DNA from: Chloroflexota bacterium
GTDB lineage: Bacteria > Chloroflexota > UBA11872 > VXOZ01
DNA length: 64,000 nucleotides
Direction of reading: 5' to 3'
Assembly (NCBI GenBank): GCA_965221905.1
Contig: OZ244922.1
Location: 640,001-704,000 of the forward strand
Part shown: positions 1-9,192 of the stretch, piece by piece
Numbering within the stretch: position 1 is the first letter of the stretch
How the letters are laid out: each line of letters opens with the position of its first letter
Program-made: the position numbers and the translations under genes
The notes under the pieces: model-generated
Databases searched by the model: none
What the model was told of the DNA's origin: nothing
The model's input: the letters and a program-made list of their open reading frames with translations, nothing else

Positions 1-903
1 AAGGAGCACCTGGAAAACGAGTGTCGGAAGGCGCTGATGGCCGTGCCCGGCGTACAGGCCGTGGAGATCGATACGCGGTCGGAAGTGGCCAAGCGCATGT
101 CCCCCGAATCGGCGGAATTCTTGACGGACGTGAAGAACGTGCTTTTCGTTGGGAGCGGTAAGGGTGGGGTCGGCAAGTCCACCACCGCCGTGAATCTGGC
201 AATCGCGCTGGCGCAGACCGGCGCTACGGTGGGGTTGCTGGACGCCGACGTCTACGGCCCGAATATCCCCATGATGATGGGATCGGAGGCGCAATTGCGG
301 GGCGCGGGCAGCAAGGTGATCCCCGCTGAGGCCTACGGCATTACGCTCATGTCCGCCGGATTCGTCATCAAGCCGGAACAGGCCATGATCTGGCGCGGGC
401 CAATTGTTCATCGTTTGCTCACGCAGTTTCTCAGTGACGTGCACTGGGGCGAGCGCGACTACCTGGTGGTGGACCTGCCGCCCGGCACCGGCGATGCGCC
501 TCTCAGCTTAGCGCAGTCCATCCCCGGCGCGGGCGCTGTGATTGTCTGCACCCCGCAGGACGTGGCCCTGGCCGACGCCCGCAAGGCCATCGGCATGTTC
601 CAACAACTGCGCGTGCCGATTTTGGGCATCGTGGAGAATATGAGCTACTTCCTCTGCCCCCGCTGCGACGAACGCACGGAAATCTTCAGCCACGGCGGCG
701 CGCGCCAAGCGGCTGAAGCGATGGGCGTGCCTTTCCTCGGCGAGGTGCCGCTAAACGTCGCCATCCGCGAAGGCGGCGACAACGGCAAGCCGATTACGGC
801 TATCCAACCCGACTCACCCCTGGCCGCCATCTACCGCGACGTCGCCGGCGCAGTAGCCCAACAAATCAGCATCGTCGGCCAAGAAGCGGTAGTAATCAAC
901 TAG
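1..903 (+). CDS. mrp: Mrp/NBP35 (ApbC) Fe-S cluster carrier ATPase, 5' end lies outside the window
   Basis: Deviant Walker A GKGGVGKST, DADVYGP, WRGP, DLPPGTGD and ENMSYFLCPRC motifs. The frame is open from base 1. Confidence 0.95.
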   Translation, partial: KEHLENECRKALMAVPGVQAVEIDTRSEVAKRMSPESAEFLTDVKNVLFVGSGKGGVGKSTTAVNLAIALAQTGATVGLLDADVYGPNIPMMMGSEAQLRGAGSKVIPAEAYGITLMSAGFVIKPEQAMIWRGPIVHRLLTQFLSDVHWGERDYLVVDLPPGTGDAPLSLAQSIPGAGAVIVCTPQDVALADARKAIGMFQQLRVPILGIVENMSYFLCPRCDERTEIFSHGGARQAAEAMGVPFLGEVPLNVAIREGGDNGKPITAIQPDSPLAAIYRDVAGAVAQQISIVGQEAVVIN

Positions 904-915
904 GGTCAGTTGACC

Positions 916-3828
916 TCAATCATCTAAATTCAATAGATCGAAGTAGCCCTTGCGCAGTAAGTTTTCACGGGCGCGGGTGGCATTACTCTTTGCGTATTCA
1001 TCGCCACTATCAAAGCCCGCTCGAATGATGCGCTTTGCTGTCTCAGTCCCAACATAGAAAGTAGAGTCATTGGGAGTGTCGGTTAGCTTTGCAAAACACT
1101 CAACCACCTTGGTCGTATGCCCTGGCAGCATCTCTTCCAAGGCTTTGGCAACTATCGAAACCGCCTGGAAAGTAGATCCTCTGGTAGCGTCCAAGACCCT
1201 TGAGAATGCGTTCAAGCGCCACTCTGCTTCCAGGCAATTGGCCTTTAGCAAAGCGGAGTAGTGAACTAATTCGTCAGAATCTCCTAATTCTAGCCGCCAT
1301 TCGAAGAATTCAACCAACCTACATTTCAAGTCTTCCGGCAAGTCCTCCTTTGTATTCTCAAGTTTGAGTCCAAGGTGGTCGACTAAGTTCGACCAGCGCT
1401 TGCGGTCGTGTTCCGTGCCCAAATAATAGCGCTCCAAGAGACTATCCTCACCTTTGAGCGGATACAAATCCCAAAGGTAATACATGAACAGATGCTGGCC
1501 GAGATAGTCTGAGAACTCTCTATCAGATTCGTCTCGTCCCTTGATTTTGGTCAACTGCTGGACTCCGAATTCGTAGTCCTTGCCAAGTTCTTCAAATGCC
1601 CGGACATTGGGGCCAAATCTACGTAAGTAACTGCCGAATGCCACCTGCCAGTCATCTGGCCTCTTCTGGGGAAAGATGTCTGACTTGTGATCCAGTGCCC
1701 AAGTTTCATCGAAACCAAGTAGACGTACGTAGTTTGCACCAAGGATTGCACGCTCCGGCAACGTCAGGGGTAAATCTCTCTCGATAGCGAAGCGCTTCAA
1801 TAGAACTGTCTTGACCTCGCCAAAGTCGGTGTCCGGGTCGATTCTCTGGAGCCAAAGACCGAATTCCATCAGGTACTCGAGTGCACGACTGCGAGTGTTG
1901 TTTATAGCTGTAGTGAGGTAATCATTGCTTCCAAAGAATTCTGGATTATCCTTGTCTAATCGCCAATCGAACTGTGTACACAGCATCTCAAGGAGTCCCG
2001 CCAAGCGCGCTTTAGCAATTATCGGCGCATTGACCTCCTTCTTTGTGCAGGTGTGTACGAGATGTCCTACTGCTTGGCGTGCTCTAGCCCAACTGGGATT
2101 GGACCTTGACTGTTCGCCACGACTAAAATCGTGCTCGTATTCTTGATCAGGATGCGAAAGCACCCATTCGCAGAATTCTAAACACTCGTCTAGTCTGACG
2201 AAGTCCTTTTCTTCTATGCGCTTCGCCATTCCTTCAATAATTGCCCGCACATAGATGGGACGTTCAATCCGATCCCGATTGTCCATCCAGAATCCGAATC
2301 GGTCAGAATTAGGCAGAATGCTCTCCATGAAAGCGGTTTGAAACGCCTCGGCCAGCCCTTCAATACTGATATCTACGAATGAACCGTCCTCGTCAACCTC
2401 GTAAGGTCGCTCTTCTTGCCAAGCATTTATGTAGTCAAGTATTCCCTGATCACTCTTAGCTGCGAGCTCCTGAGGTGAGATTGGACTTCCGCGCGAAATG
2501 GTTCTTGCCTCGGGTTCACTGACCGGGGAATAGTCTTCATCAGTAATCTGATTGTCTGCTTCAGCTTCTAGCTCTTGAAAGTAATTCAGGTATTTCCCAA
2601 AGAGAATGGAACCAAACGGTTTGAGTTGCATCCGATGAAAGTGGCGCTGACGCACCGCAAACAAGCTCTCAGTAAATCGTTCACCGTAGTGCTCCTTGAA
2701 AGCCTCCTTAGATGGTCCAAGGAGTATGTGGTCGAAGATTGATTTGCGCTCTTGTTCCGTCAGTAATTCTTCGCCAAAGTGCTCAATTGCGCTTTGTACC
2801 ATCAGGTGGAATTCATAGTGGTGTTCAGAACGCCGGTAGTCGTCGTGCGAGTTTATCATCTGTTGAATCCAAGGTTTGGTTTGCTCTGTCGGATAGTGCA
2901 CATAGAGATGTTGTCGTAGGCGCTTGAAGAGCTTCCACCGCTGCTTTCGAAGTCGTTCATCTAAGGCATCAATAGAATCCGGATCTTCTTCATATACTTG
3001 CTCGCAGGCAGAGGTCATCGTGTAGATGAGTAGCTCCTCGGGTTCGCCATAGCCCTCGTACTTGCCTCTGAGCCGTGGATACCAGACTTCAGAGTAGTCT
3101 TCGTCTCCGTCTCTTTCGATTAGATCTTGGTGCATGCCAAGATATGTCATCCTCGCCACGGCACTAATCAGGATGCAAGCTGTCTTGAACGGTTCCTTCT
3201 CGATTAGAGGCCGGATACCTCTAGTCAGTATTTCGCGGTAGTCCCAGCTCTCAAACCGCGGGACAGGTTCGAGATAGGTTAACAAGCCATCGGAATCTTC
3301 CTTGTATCGACTGCGCTTTTCGCTATCTTTGCGATCAGGCAAGAATCCGATTAATTTAGTTGCAAGCAAAAGTGCGGCGTCGGTTTCCTCTTCTGTCGTC
3401 CAGTAGGCTAACAGGCTCGAGTATCTGTGAGCCATGGTCTGAAATTCTAGCTCTGTATATTCGAGCATCTTGTCCTTGAGTCTTGCTGATTGTTTTCCAG
3501 GCAGCTCTAGTGCTATCTCCAACACAACGCTATAGATATTTGGGTTATCGACTCTTGGTATACCTGACAAGATCTCAACAACCTCTTCCGGACGGCACTT
3601 AGCGATATTCCTGAGATATTGAAGCTCTGGCCAAAAGGGGAATTGAACAGAACCGTCAGGGAGTGTAAGAGCGTTTGGGGGAGAAGTGAAGCAGCCGCGG
3701 TCAGAAAGTGGTTGAATCCACAAGGGATTGTTGAGACGCGAGAAGAAGAATTGCCGGTCAATTTCCCTCTTTGCCGACCCCAAGGCGCTGTCTACTGTTT
3801 CAGCTGTTGGTGTCTTCCAGGATTTCAT
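916..3828 (-). CDS. Large uncharacterised helical protein (970 aa), partner of the upstream 246 aa ORF; possible defence component
   Basis: Long ORF with visibly lower GC than its neighbours. N-terminal FFFSRLNNPLWIQPL...PP...WPELQYL motif. No P-loop seen. Overlaps the upstream ORF by 29 nt. Confidence 0.8.
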   Translation of the reverse strand: MKSWKTPTAETVDSALGSAKREIDRQFFFSRLNNPLWIQPLSDRGCFTSPPNALTLPDGSVQFPFWPELQYLRNIAKCRPEEVVEILSGIPRVDNPNIYSVVLEIALELPGKQSARLKDKMLEYTELEFQTMAHRYSSLLAYWTTEEETDAALLLATKLIGFLPDRKDSEKRSRYKEDSDGLLTYLEPVPRFESWDYREILTRGIRPLIEKEPFKTACILISAVARMTYLGMHQDLIERDGDEDYSEVWYPRLRGKYEGYGEPEELLIYTMTSACEQVYEEDPDSIDALDERLRKQRWKLFKRLRQHLYVHYPTEQTKPWIQQMINSHDDYRRSEHHYEFHLMVQSAIEHFGEELLTEQERKSIFDHILLGPSKEAFKEHYGERFTESLFAVRQRHFHRMQLKPFGSILFGKYLNYFQELEAEADNQITDEDYSPVSEPEARTISRGSPISPQELAAKSDQGILDYINAWQEERPYEVDEDGSFVDISIEGLAEAFQTAFMESILPNSDRFGFWMDNRDRIERPIYVRAIIEGMAKRIEEKDFVRLDECLEFCEWVLSHPDQEYEHDFSRGEQSRSNPSWARARQAVGHLVHTCTKKEVNAPIIAKARLAGLLEMLCTQFDWRLDKDNPEFFGSNDYLTTAINNTRSRALEYLMEFGLWLQRIDPDTDFGEVKTVLLKRFAIERDLPLTLPERAILGANYVRLLGFDETWALDHKSDIFPQKRPDDWQVAFGSYLRRFGPNVRAFEELGKDYEFGVQQLTKIKGRDESDREFSDYLGQHLFMYYLWDLYPLKGEDSLLERYYLGTEHDRKRWSNLVDHLGLKLENTKEDLPEDLKCRLVEFFEWRLELGDSDELVHYSALLKANCLEAEWRLNAFSRVLDATRGSTFQAVSIVAKALEEMLPGHTTKVVECFAKLTDTPNDSTFYVGTETAKRIIRAGFDSGDEYAKSNATRARENLLRKGYFDLLNLDD

Positions 3829-4540
3829 TCATCCCCTTTATTCGCTCATATGCGCTACTTGCTGCAGCGTATAGCATCGATTGAAGCGTTTTAAAGTGCT
3901 TTTCGGTCTTAAGTCGTTCTTCTGCGGAGAAGGGGCGTTTCCGGCAATGTGCGAACTTTACAAACCAACTTCTAGCCTCTTTCCACTCGTCCAATAGATT
4001 CCCAGGGATTCTGTCAATATCGTCATAGTCCAAGAATGTCCTAAAGAACAGGTAGTTGTTTAGGTCGTTCCTTTCGGCGCCGGTGTCATGTTCTACAAGC
4101 AGTTCCCTTACCTTTGCACAGGCTTCGAAGGTAACCAAGTGACCTCCCGCGTCATCGCTTTCTCCAAAGTCGCCTCTTGTGGAATTGATCCCGCGACCCC
4201 CCCATTCGTCCTTCCACTTTTTCTTTACGGTTTCAGTTAATTGCTTGTATTGCACTCGTCCCCCATCAGTGCCTGCAACAGTCCGAGCCAGATAGTTTGC
4301 GAAATCTCTTCCTACGTGAGCAATGATCGTAATGTAACCTGGGGTTTTGGCATTTAGGGAATGGATAGCCATTCCGTAGGCCTCCGCAAATACCGGCAGA
4401 TCTAACTCTTCGTTGATCCAGTTAAGAACGACCTGTTGTTTTCTTGTGAGATTGACGTTCGCCAAATTGCCGGTTCCTGTAGATATAGCCAAGTACGAGA
4501 TCAAACCAAGTCTTCTCTTCCAGGATATAATCGAACTCAA
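3800..4540 (-). CDS. Uncharacterised protein, possible HEPN-like nuclease (start may be the TTG at 4465)
   Basis: 246 aa ORF containing AHVGRD and WFVKFAH motifs, translationally coupled to the 970 aa ORF. Confidence 0.65.
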   Translation of the reverse strand: MSSIISWKRRLGLISYLAISTGTGNLANVNLTRKQQVVLNWINEELDLPVFAEAYGMAIHSLNAKTPGYITIIAHVGRDFANYLARTVAGTDGGRVQYKQLTETVKKKWKDEWGGRGINSTRGDFGESDDAGGHLVTFEACAKVRELLVEHDTGAERNDLNNYLFFRTFLDYDDIDRIPGNLLDEWKEARSWFVKFAHCRKRPFSAEERLKTEKHFKTLQSMLYAAASSAYERIKGMNEILEDTNS

Positions 4541-5347
4541 TTAACTCGCGCCGGATTTGCCGAGGAAGACTTGGGTGAGGATGTCGGTGGAGCGGATGGA
4601 TTCGGGGGTGCCGGTGAAGACGATGCGGCCTTTATCCAGCACGTAGGCGCGGTCTACTATGTCGAGGACGCCCTTGATGTTGTGCTCGACGATCACGATG
4701 GTCGTCTTGAGCCGTTCGCTGATTTCAGACACTCGCTCAAAGACCTCTTTGACGACGATAGGCGCGAGGCCCAGGGTCGGTTCATCCAGCAGGAGCACAT
4801 CGGGAGCCGCCATGAGGCCGCGGCCCAGGGCGAGCATCTGCTGCTGCCCGCCGGACATTTGGCTGGCCAGGTCGCGGCGCTTGCTCTGCAGGATGGGGAA
4901 GATCCGCATCACTTCGTCGAGACGGCGATTCTTTTCCGCCTTGTCTTTCAAGGAGAGGCAGCCCATCTCCAAGTTTTCCTCTATGGTGAGGTGCGTGAAG
5001 ACGCGCCTGCCCTGTGGGACGAAGGCAATGCCCTCTTTCACGATCTCATGGGTCTTTGCCGCCAGTCGCTTCCGCCGCCACAGGACCTCACCGGCCACGA
5101 CGGGCGCAAGACCCATGACGGCCTTGAGCACCGTAGACTTGCCGGCGCCGTTAGGGCCCATCACGGCCACGACCTCACCCTTGCTTACGCCCAACGAAAC
5201 CTCATCGAGAGCGACCACGGCCCCGTAGTGCACGGATATGCCGGAGAGCTCGAGGATCGGCGCGCCATTGGCGGCTGGGCCGTGCGCGTCGGCGGCAGCG
5301 GGCGGATTGGGGATCTGCGCTTCGGTTTTCTCTTCCGGTGTGTCCAT
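4541..5347 (-). CDS. livF: Branched-chain amino acid ABC transporter ATPase (LivF-like)
   Basis: GPNGAGKST, VPQGRRVF, MSGGQQQML, LLLDEPTLGLAP and VEHN motifs. Confidence 0.92.
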   Translation of the reverse strand: MDTPEEKTEAQIPNPPAAADAHGPAANGAPILELSGISVHYGAVVALDEVSLGVSKGEVVAVMGPNGAGKSTVLKAVMGLAPVVAGEVLWRRKRLAAKTHEIVKEGIAFVPQGRRVFTHLTIEENLEMGCLSLKDKAEKNRRLDEVMRIFPILQSKRRDLASQMSGGQQQMLALGRGLMAAPDVLLLDEPTLGLAPIVVKEVFERVSEISERLKTTIVIVEHNIKGVLDIVDRAYVLDKGRIVFTGTPESIRSTDILTQVFLGKSGAS

Positions 5348-5433
5348 TGGGTTGTCCTGCGTTGAAATCCACGGGCGCTCAGCCGGGGAACGCGGCTAGT
5401 AGCTCTTCAAGCTGTATTTGCTCTAATGGTACA

Positions 5434-5466
5434 CCCTCACCCTAGCCCTCTCCCTCATGGAGAGGG
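5434..5466. repeat. REP-like element, family A (CCCTCACCCTAGCCCTCTCCC...GGAGAGGG)
   Basis: CCCTCTCC/GGAGAGGG hairpin. A second copy lies at 15331-15361. Confidence 0.8.
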
Positions 5467-5665
5467 AACAGGATCGGAGCTTGGGATTCAACTAGGGCTA
5501 CGCATCTACCGTATCAGGAAATCGCCAGTATCAGGCACTTGTCAGCAATTTTCATAGAACACTTCTTGGCTATTGCTAGCTTCAGGTATCCGCCTGTATT
5601 CGGCACTTGCTACCACGATGTATCCACTAGCATCAAGATTCCGTCTGGATTGGGTCGATTCTGTT

Positions 5666-6427
5666 CTACACGCCCAAGTACGCGTCGATTACCTTCGGTC
5701 GGCTCAAGACCTCGTCGACGGCGCCTTCCGCGAGGAGGCTGCCGCTATCCAGGATGATAAGGTGGTCGGAAAGCTCGCGCACGATATCCATGTTGTGGGA
5801 GATGAAGACGATAGTGTCGCCTTGTTCCCGCATGCGGTTCATAATTCCTTTCACCTTCTCCACCATCTCGGGAAAGAGGCCGGCAAAGGGTTCATCGAAG
5901 AGGTAGATATCCGCCTCCATGGCCATGGCGCGGCCGATTTCCAGTAGTTTGCGCTGACCGTAGGACAGGTTCATGGCGAGGGCATCCCGCTTTTCCCACA
6001 GGCCGACAATGTCTAAAATGCCGCGCACCTTATCCCGTTGCACCGGCTTTACCCGCTCAAGCAGAGCGGGAAAGAGCCGACGCTCGGTCAAGACCACCAT
6101 GAGGTTATCCCACACGGTGACCTGGTCGAAGAGCCGTACCTCTTGAAACGTGCGGGTCAGGCCGTGGGCCGGGTTTTCGTGGGCTTTCACCACTTTCAGG
6201 CTGATACCGTCTATAACTACAATGCCTCCGTCCAGGGGCAGCACGCCGCTGAGGAGATTCACCAGCGTGGTCTTGCCCGATCCATTCGGCCCGGCGATGC
6301 TGGTTAAGCCCTTCTTGGGAATGGAAATGGAGAGCTTCCGCACCGCTCGCACGGCGCCAAAGTGTTTCGAGATACTATCCGTCTGTATGACGTAGTGGTC
6401 GTCGATTTTCTCTGAACCGGGTCTCAT
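5666..6427 (-). CDS. livG: Branched-chain amino acid ABC transporter ATPase (LivG-like)
   Basis: GPNGSGKTT, RTFQ, LSYGQRKLLEI and DEPFAG motifs. The ATG at 6427 overlaps the upstream stop (ATGA). Confidence 0.9.
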   Translation of the reverse strand: MRPGSEKIDDHYVIQTDSISKHFGAVRAVRKLSISIPKKGLTSIAGPNGSGKTTLVNLLSGVLPLDGGIVVIDGISLKVVKAHENPAHGLTRTFQEVRLFDQVTVWDNLMVVLTERRLFPALLERVKPVQRDKVRGILDIVGLWEKRDALAMNLSYGQRKLLEIGRAMAMEADIYLFDEPFAGLFPEMVEKVKGIMNRMREQGDTIVFISHNMDIVRELSDHLIILDSGSLLAEGAVDEVLSRPKVIDAYLGV

Positions 6428-7479
6428 AGCTTGTACCTCCCAACCAGGCCCTGGGGCCGGAAGAGCATCAGCAGCACTAACAGAATGCCCAGCACGACGA
6501 GCCGGGCCTGACCGACGTGAACGGTAGGCAGAAACGGCAGGAAGCGCATACCCTCTTCCAGCAGCACGAAGGCCATGGCGCCCAGCAGCGAGCCCCAGAT
6601 GGTGGCCAGCCCGCCGAGGATTACGATGGCAACGAGCAGCATGGATTCCAGGAGAATGAAAGAGTTTGGGTCTACGAAGGTCGTCCAACTCGCAAAGAGC
6701 CCGCCGGCCAGACCCGCCATCATAGCTGAAATGGTCCAGACCGCCAGCTTGTAGTGGGTGGTTTGGTAACCAAAGACCGCAATTGCTTCCTCGTCCTCAC
6801 GGATGGTGGTCAGTACCCGCCCAAATGACGATGTCACGATGAGCCAGGAAAGCAGCACGATGAATGCGAGAAACGCGAGGATGAACAGGAGGAACTCTAG
6901 CTCTCCGTCGAGCGTGAACCCGCCTATCGCAGGCCGGGCTACCTCATGAATGCCGAATGCGCCGCGGGTGAGGCCGCGCCAATTCAAGAAAACGTTGAAG
7001 CTGATGATAGCGAAGCCGAACGAAACAAGGACGTAGATATCGTCCCGAAACCGGTTGAAGACCACGCCTACGGCAATGGCAATGACCCCGGCGAGCAGTA
7101 CGCCCACAGGCAGCGCCGCAAAGAAGGGCCAACCAAAGGTAGGGATAGCCTCGGTGCGCAGTTGGTCGTACTCAGCTTTCGACGTGAGGATCGCGACCGT
7201 GTAGGCGCCGATGCCAAAGAAGCCGATGTGGCCCACTGAGAGTAGGCCGGTAAACCCCACAACGAGGTTCAGGCTGACTGCCAGAATCGCCCAGATCGCA
7301 AAGACGGTACCCACCGTGATGGCGAATCCGACTCCCTGCCACAGCATGAAACCAAGCGCCCACGCGATGATCAGCAGATTAGCCCACAGTTCCACATTGC
7401 TCTTGGCGGCTGCCAGGAATTCCTGTGGATTGCCAAGAAGCCGCGTGGGCTTTCCGCTGCTTTGTGTGTCCGGTTGCAT
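6424..7479 (-). CDS. livM: Branched-chain amino acid ABC transporter permease (LivM-like)
   Basis: SLNLVVGFTGLLSVGH, SSFGRVLTTIREDE, ILGGL and FRPQGL motifs; multiple TM segments. Confidence 0.9.
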   Translation of the reverse strand: MQPDTQSSGKPTRLLGNPQEFLAAAKSNVELWANLLIIAWALGFMLWQGVGFAITVGTVFAIWAILAVSLNLVVGFTGLLSVGHIGFFGIGAYTVAILTSKAEYDQLRTEAIPTFGWPFFAALPVGVLLAGVIAIAVGVVFNRFRDDIYVLVSFGFAIISFNVFLNWRGLTRGAFGIHEVARPAIGGFTLDGELEFLLFILAFLAFIVLLSWLIVTSSFGRVLTTIREDEEAIAVFGYQTTHYKLAVWTISAMMAGLAGGLFASWTTFVDPNSFILLESMLLVAIVILGGLATIWGSLLGAMAFVLLEEGMRFLPFLPTVHVGQARLVVLGILLVLLMLFRPQGLVGRYKL

Positions 7480-7485
7480 GCGCTT

Positions 7486-8835
7486 CTACTTCCTCGGCAA
7501 GAGGCCTTTGGGCCAGAACGATAGAAACAGAATCAAGAGTACGAAAGAGATGACGTCCCGCCACTCACCCGCCAAGTCCCAGATGCCGAATTGTTCGATC
7601 ATTCCCAGCACGAATCCGCCAACAATGGCGCCTTGCAGGTTGCCAATACCGCCGACCACGGACGCGATCCAGCCTTTTAGGAGGAGCAGCAGCCCCATCC
7701 GGGGTTGTATAGCCGTATCGTGACCGCTCAAGATACCAGCCAAAGCCGCATAGACTGCGCCGATGAAGAATACAACGGCGATCACTGTGGTGGTGTTTAT
7801 GCCCACCACCTTCGAGACCTCTTCATCGTCGCCGATGGCCCGCACCGCCTTGCCGAACGCGGTCTGCTTGAGCAAAAACTGCAAGAACAAGAAGCCCAAA
7901 AGCGCGACGCCGACGGTGAACATGTTGAAGCCTTTGATGCTCGCCCCGGCGATGGTCAATGGATCGCTGCCGAGGGCTTCAGGCAGGGGACGCGGCGTGC
8001 TCTCGAAAACTATGCTGGTAAAGGCGGTGATTGCCAGCAGGATGCCAAGCGTTGCAACCAACATGATCAGCGGCGACCGCGACCGTTCCCGCATGTACAC
8101 GTACAGGCCGCGGTAGAGGGCAAGGCCGACGACTCCCGCCAGGAAGCAGGAGACTCCCCAACTCAGATAGAGCTTCGAGTCGGGAGCATTGGCGATGAGA
8201 TAGCCGCAGTACGCTCCCAAAGCCGCTGCCGCAGCGCCGGTGACGCTGACAGCTGCCAGCAAGATGCGGCCGGCAACGATGCCTTGATAGGCCTGATACA
8301 GTGCCCAGGTCAGAGCTGCAGCCACCCCGATGCCGATCACGGGGCTAAGGGTGAGGTGCAAGTCTTTAGGATACGTAAGCACGAAGCCCGTGTAGACTCC
8401 TGCCCCAGCCGCGAGCACTCCGCCGACGCCATACAGAATGGATCGATTAACACGCGATCGAATGCGGGGATACATGCTTTCGTAGAGTGCCCAGGCCACG
8501 ACGCCGGCGGTCACTGCGGCGTAGAGGACGTTCACGAATACATTGTTCACCGCATACAGCCCGCCGAGGGTCTCTTGCGACCGCAGGTAGAATACGCCGT
8601 ATGCGCCCAGCGCAGCCGCCGCTCCATAGTACAGATCAAAGAACCAGACGGTGCTATAGACCAGAGTAAACCCCATCGCCAGCAGGGCGTACACCGCCCC
8701 CACAGACAAGCCGTTGAAGGCAAACTGCAGGGCTTGGTCGGGAGACTCGCTGATCTTCCAACCGACGTAGGCCGCAGCGGCCGCTGCTAGAACTATTGCC
8801 AGGAGGTTATTCAGGCTAGGACGTTGGGCAATCAA
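7486..8835 (-). CDS. livH: Branched-chain amino acid ABC transporter permease (LivH-like), extended by internal TM repeats
   Basis: NGLSVGAVYALLAMGFTLVY, T.FGKAVRA, VVGGIGN and PKGL motifs. At 449 aa it is longer than a typical LivH of about 300 aa. Confidence 0.85.
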   Translation of the reverse strand: MIAQRPSLNNLLAIVLAAAAAAYVGWKISESPDQALQFAFNGLSVGAVYALLAMGFTLVYSTVWFFDLYYGAAAALGAYGVFYLRSQETLGGLYAVNNVFVNVLYAAVTAGVVAWALYESMYPRIRSRVNRSILYGVGGVLAAGAGVYTGFVLTYPKDLHLTLSPVIGIGVAAALTWALYQAYQGIVAGRILLAAVSVTGAAAAALGAYCGYLIANAPDSKLYLSWGVSCFLAGVVGLALYRGLYVYMRERSRSPLIMLVATLGILLAITAFTSIVFESTPRPLPEALGSDPLTIAGASIKGFNMFTVGVALLGFLFLQFLLKQTAFGKAVRAIGDDEEVSKVVGINTTTVIAVVFFIGAVYAALAGILSGHDTAIQPRMGLLLLLKGWIASVVGGIGNLQGAIVGGFVLGMIEQFGIWDLAGEWRDVISFVLLILFLSFWPKGLLPRK

Positions 8836-9192
8836 GTGCGTTCTCTCTAAGCGGATTTTACGTAGGTGTAGTGGTCACACGGAACCTGACGTGCCGGTCT
8901 CTGCCAAAGGCTCCCTGACTAGCCGATTCAATTCTATGCGTGCAATGGCGATGTCGCGCCCGATGGTCAGTTCGTCCGGAGCGCTAGCCAACCCAATAGT
9001 ACAGGGAGCAAGTAGCCGCTTGCCCGGATACTTGCGGTTTCCGGCCAAAAAATGTCCAAAGGACGGTTGGCGTTGTGGCCGCTCAGCCTGCGCTTGCCGA
9101 AGTATAAAGGTGTGAAGGGTCCGGCAAGAGTTACGCGCGAGCGGCTCTCTTGCAGGCATGCTAGGCATCCTCATTGACGCTAGACGCTCCTC

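Noticed and set aside
5500-5634. Possible PIN/VapC remnant (MLVDTSW on the minus strand)
   Set aside because: A stop follows after seven codons and no further PIN motifs were found, so the evidence is too weak.
4436-8790. Long plus-strand ORFs (309 aa, 361 aa) and similar ones at 31246, 34681, 35863, 45569 and 56005
   Set aside because: They are antisense shadows of well-supported genes, as expected from high-GC codon bias.
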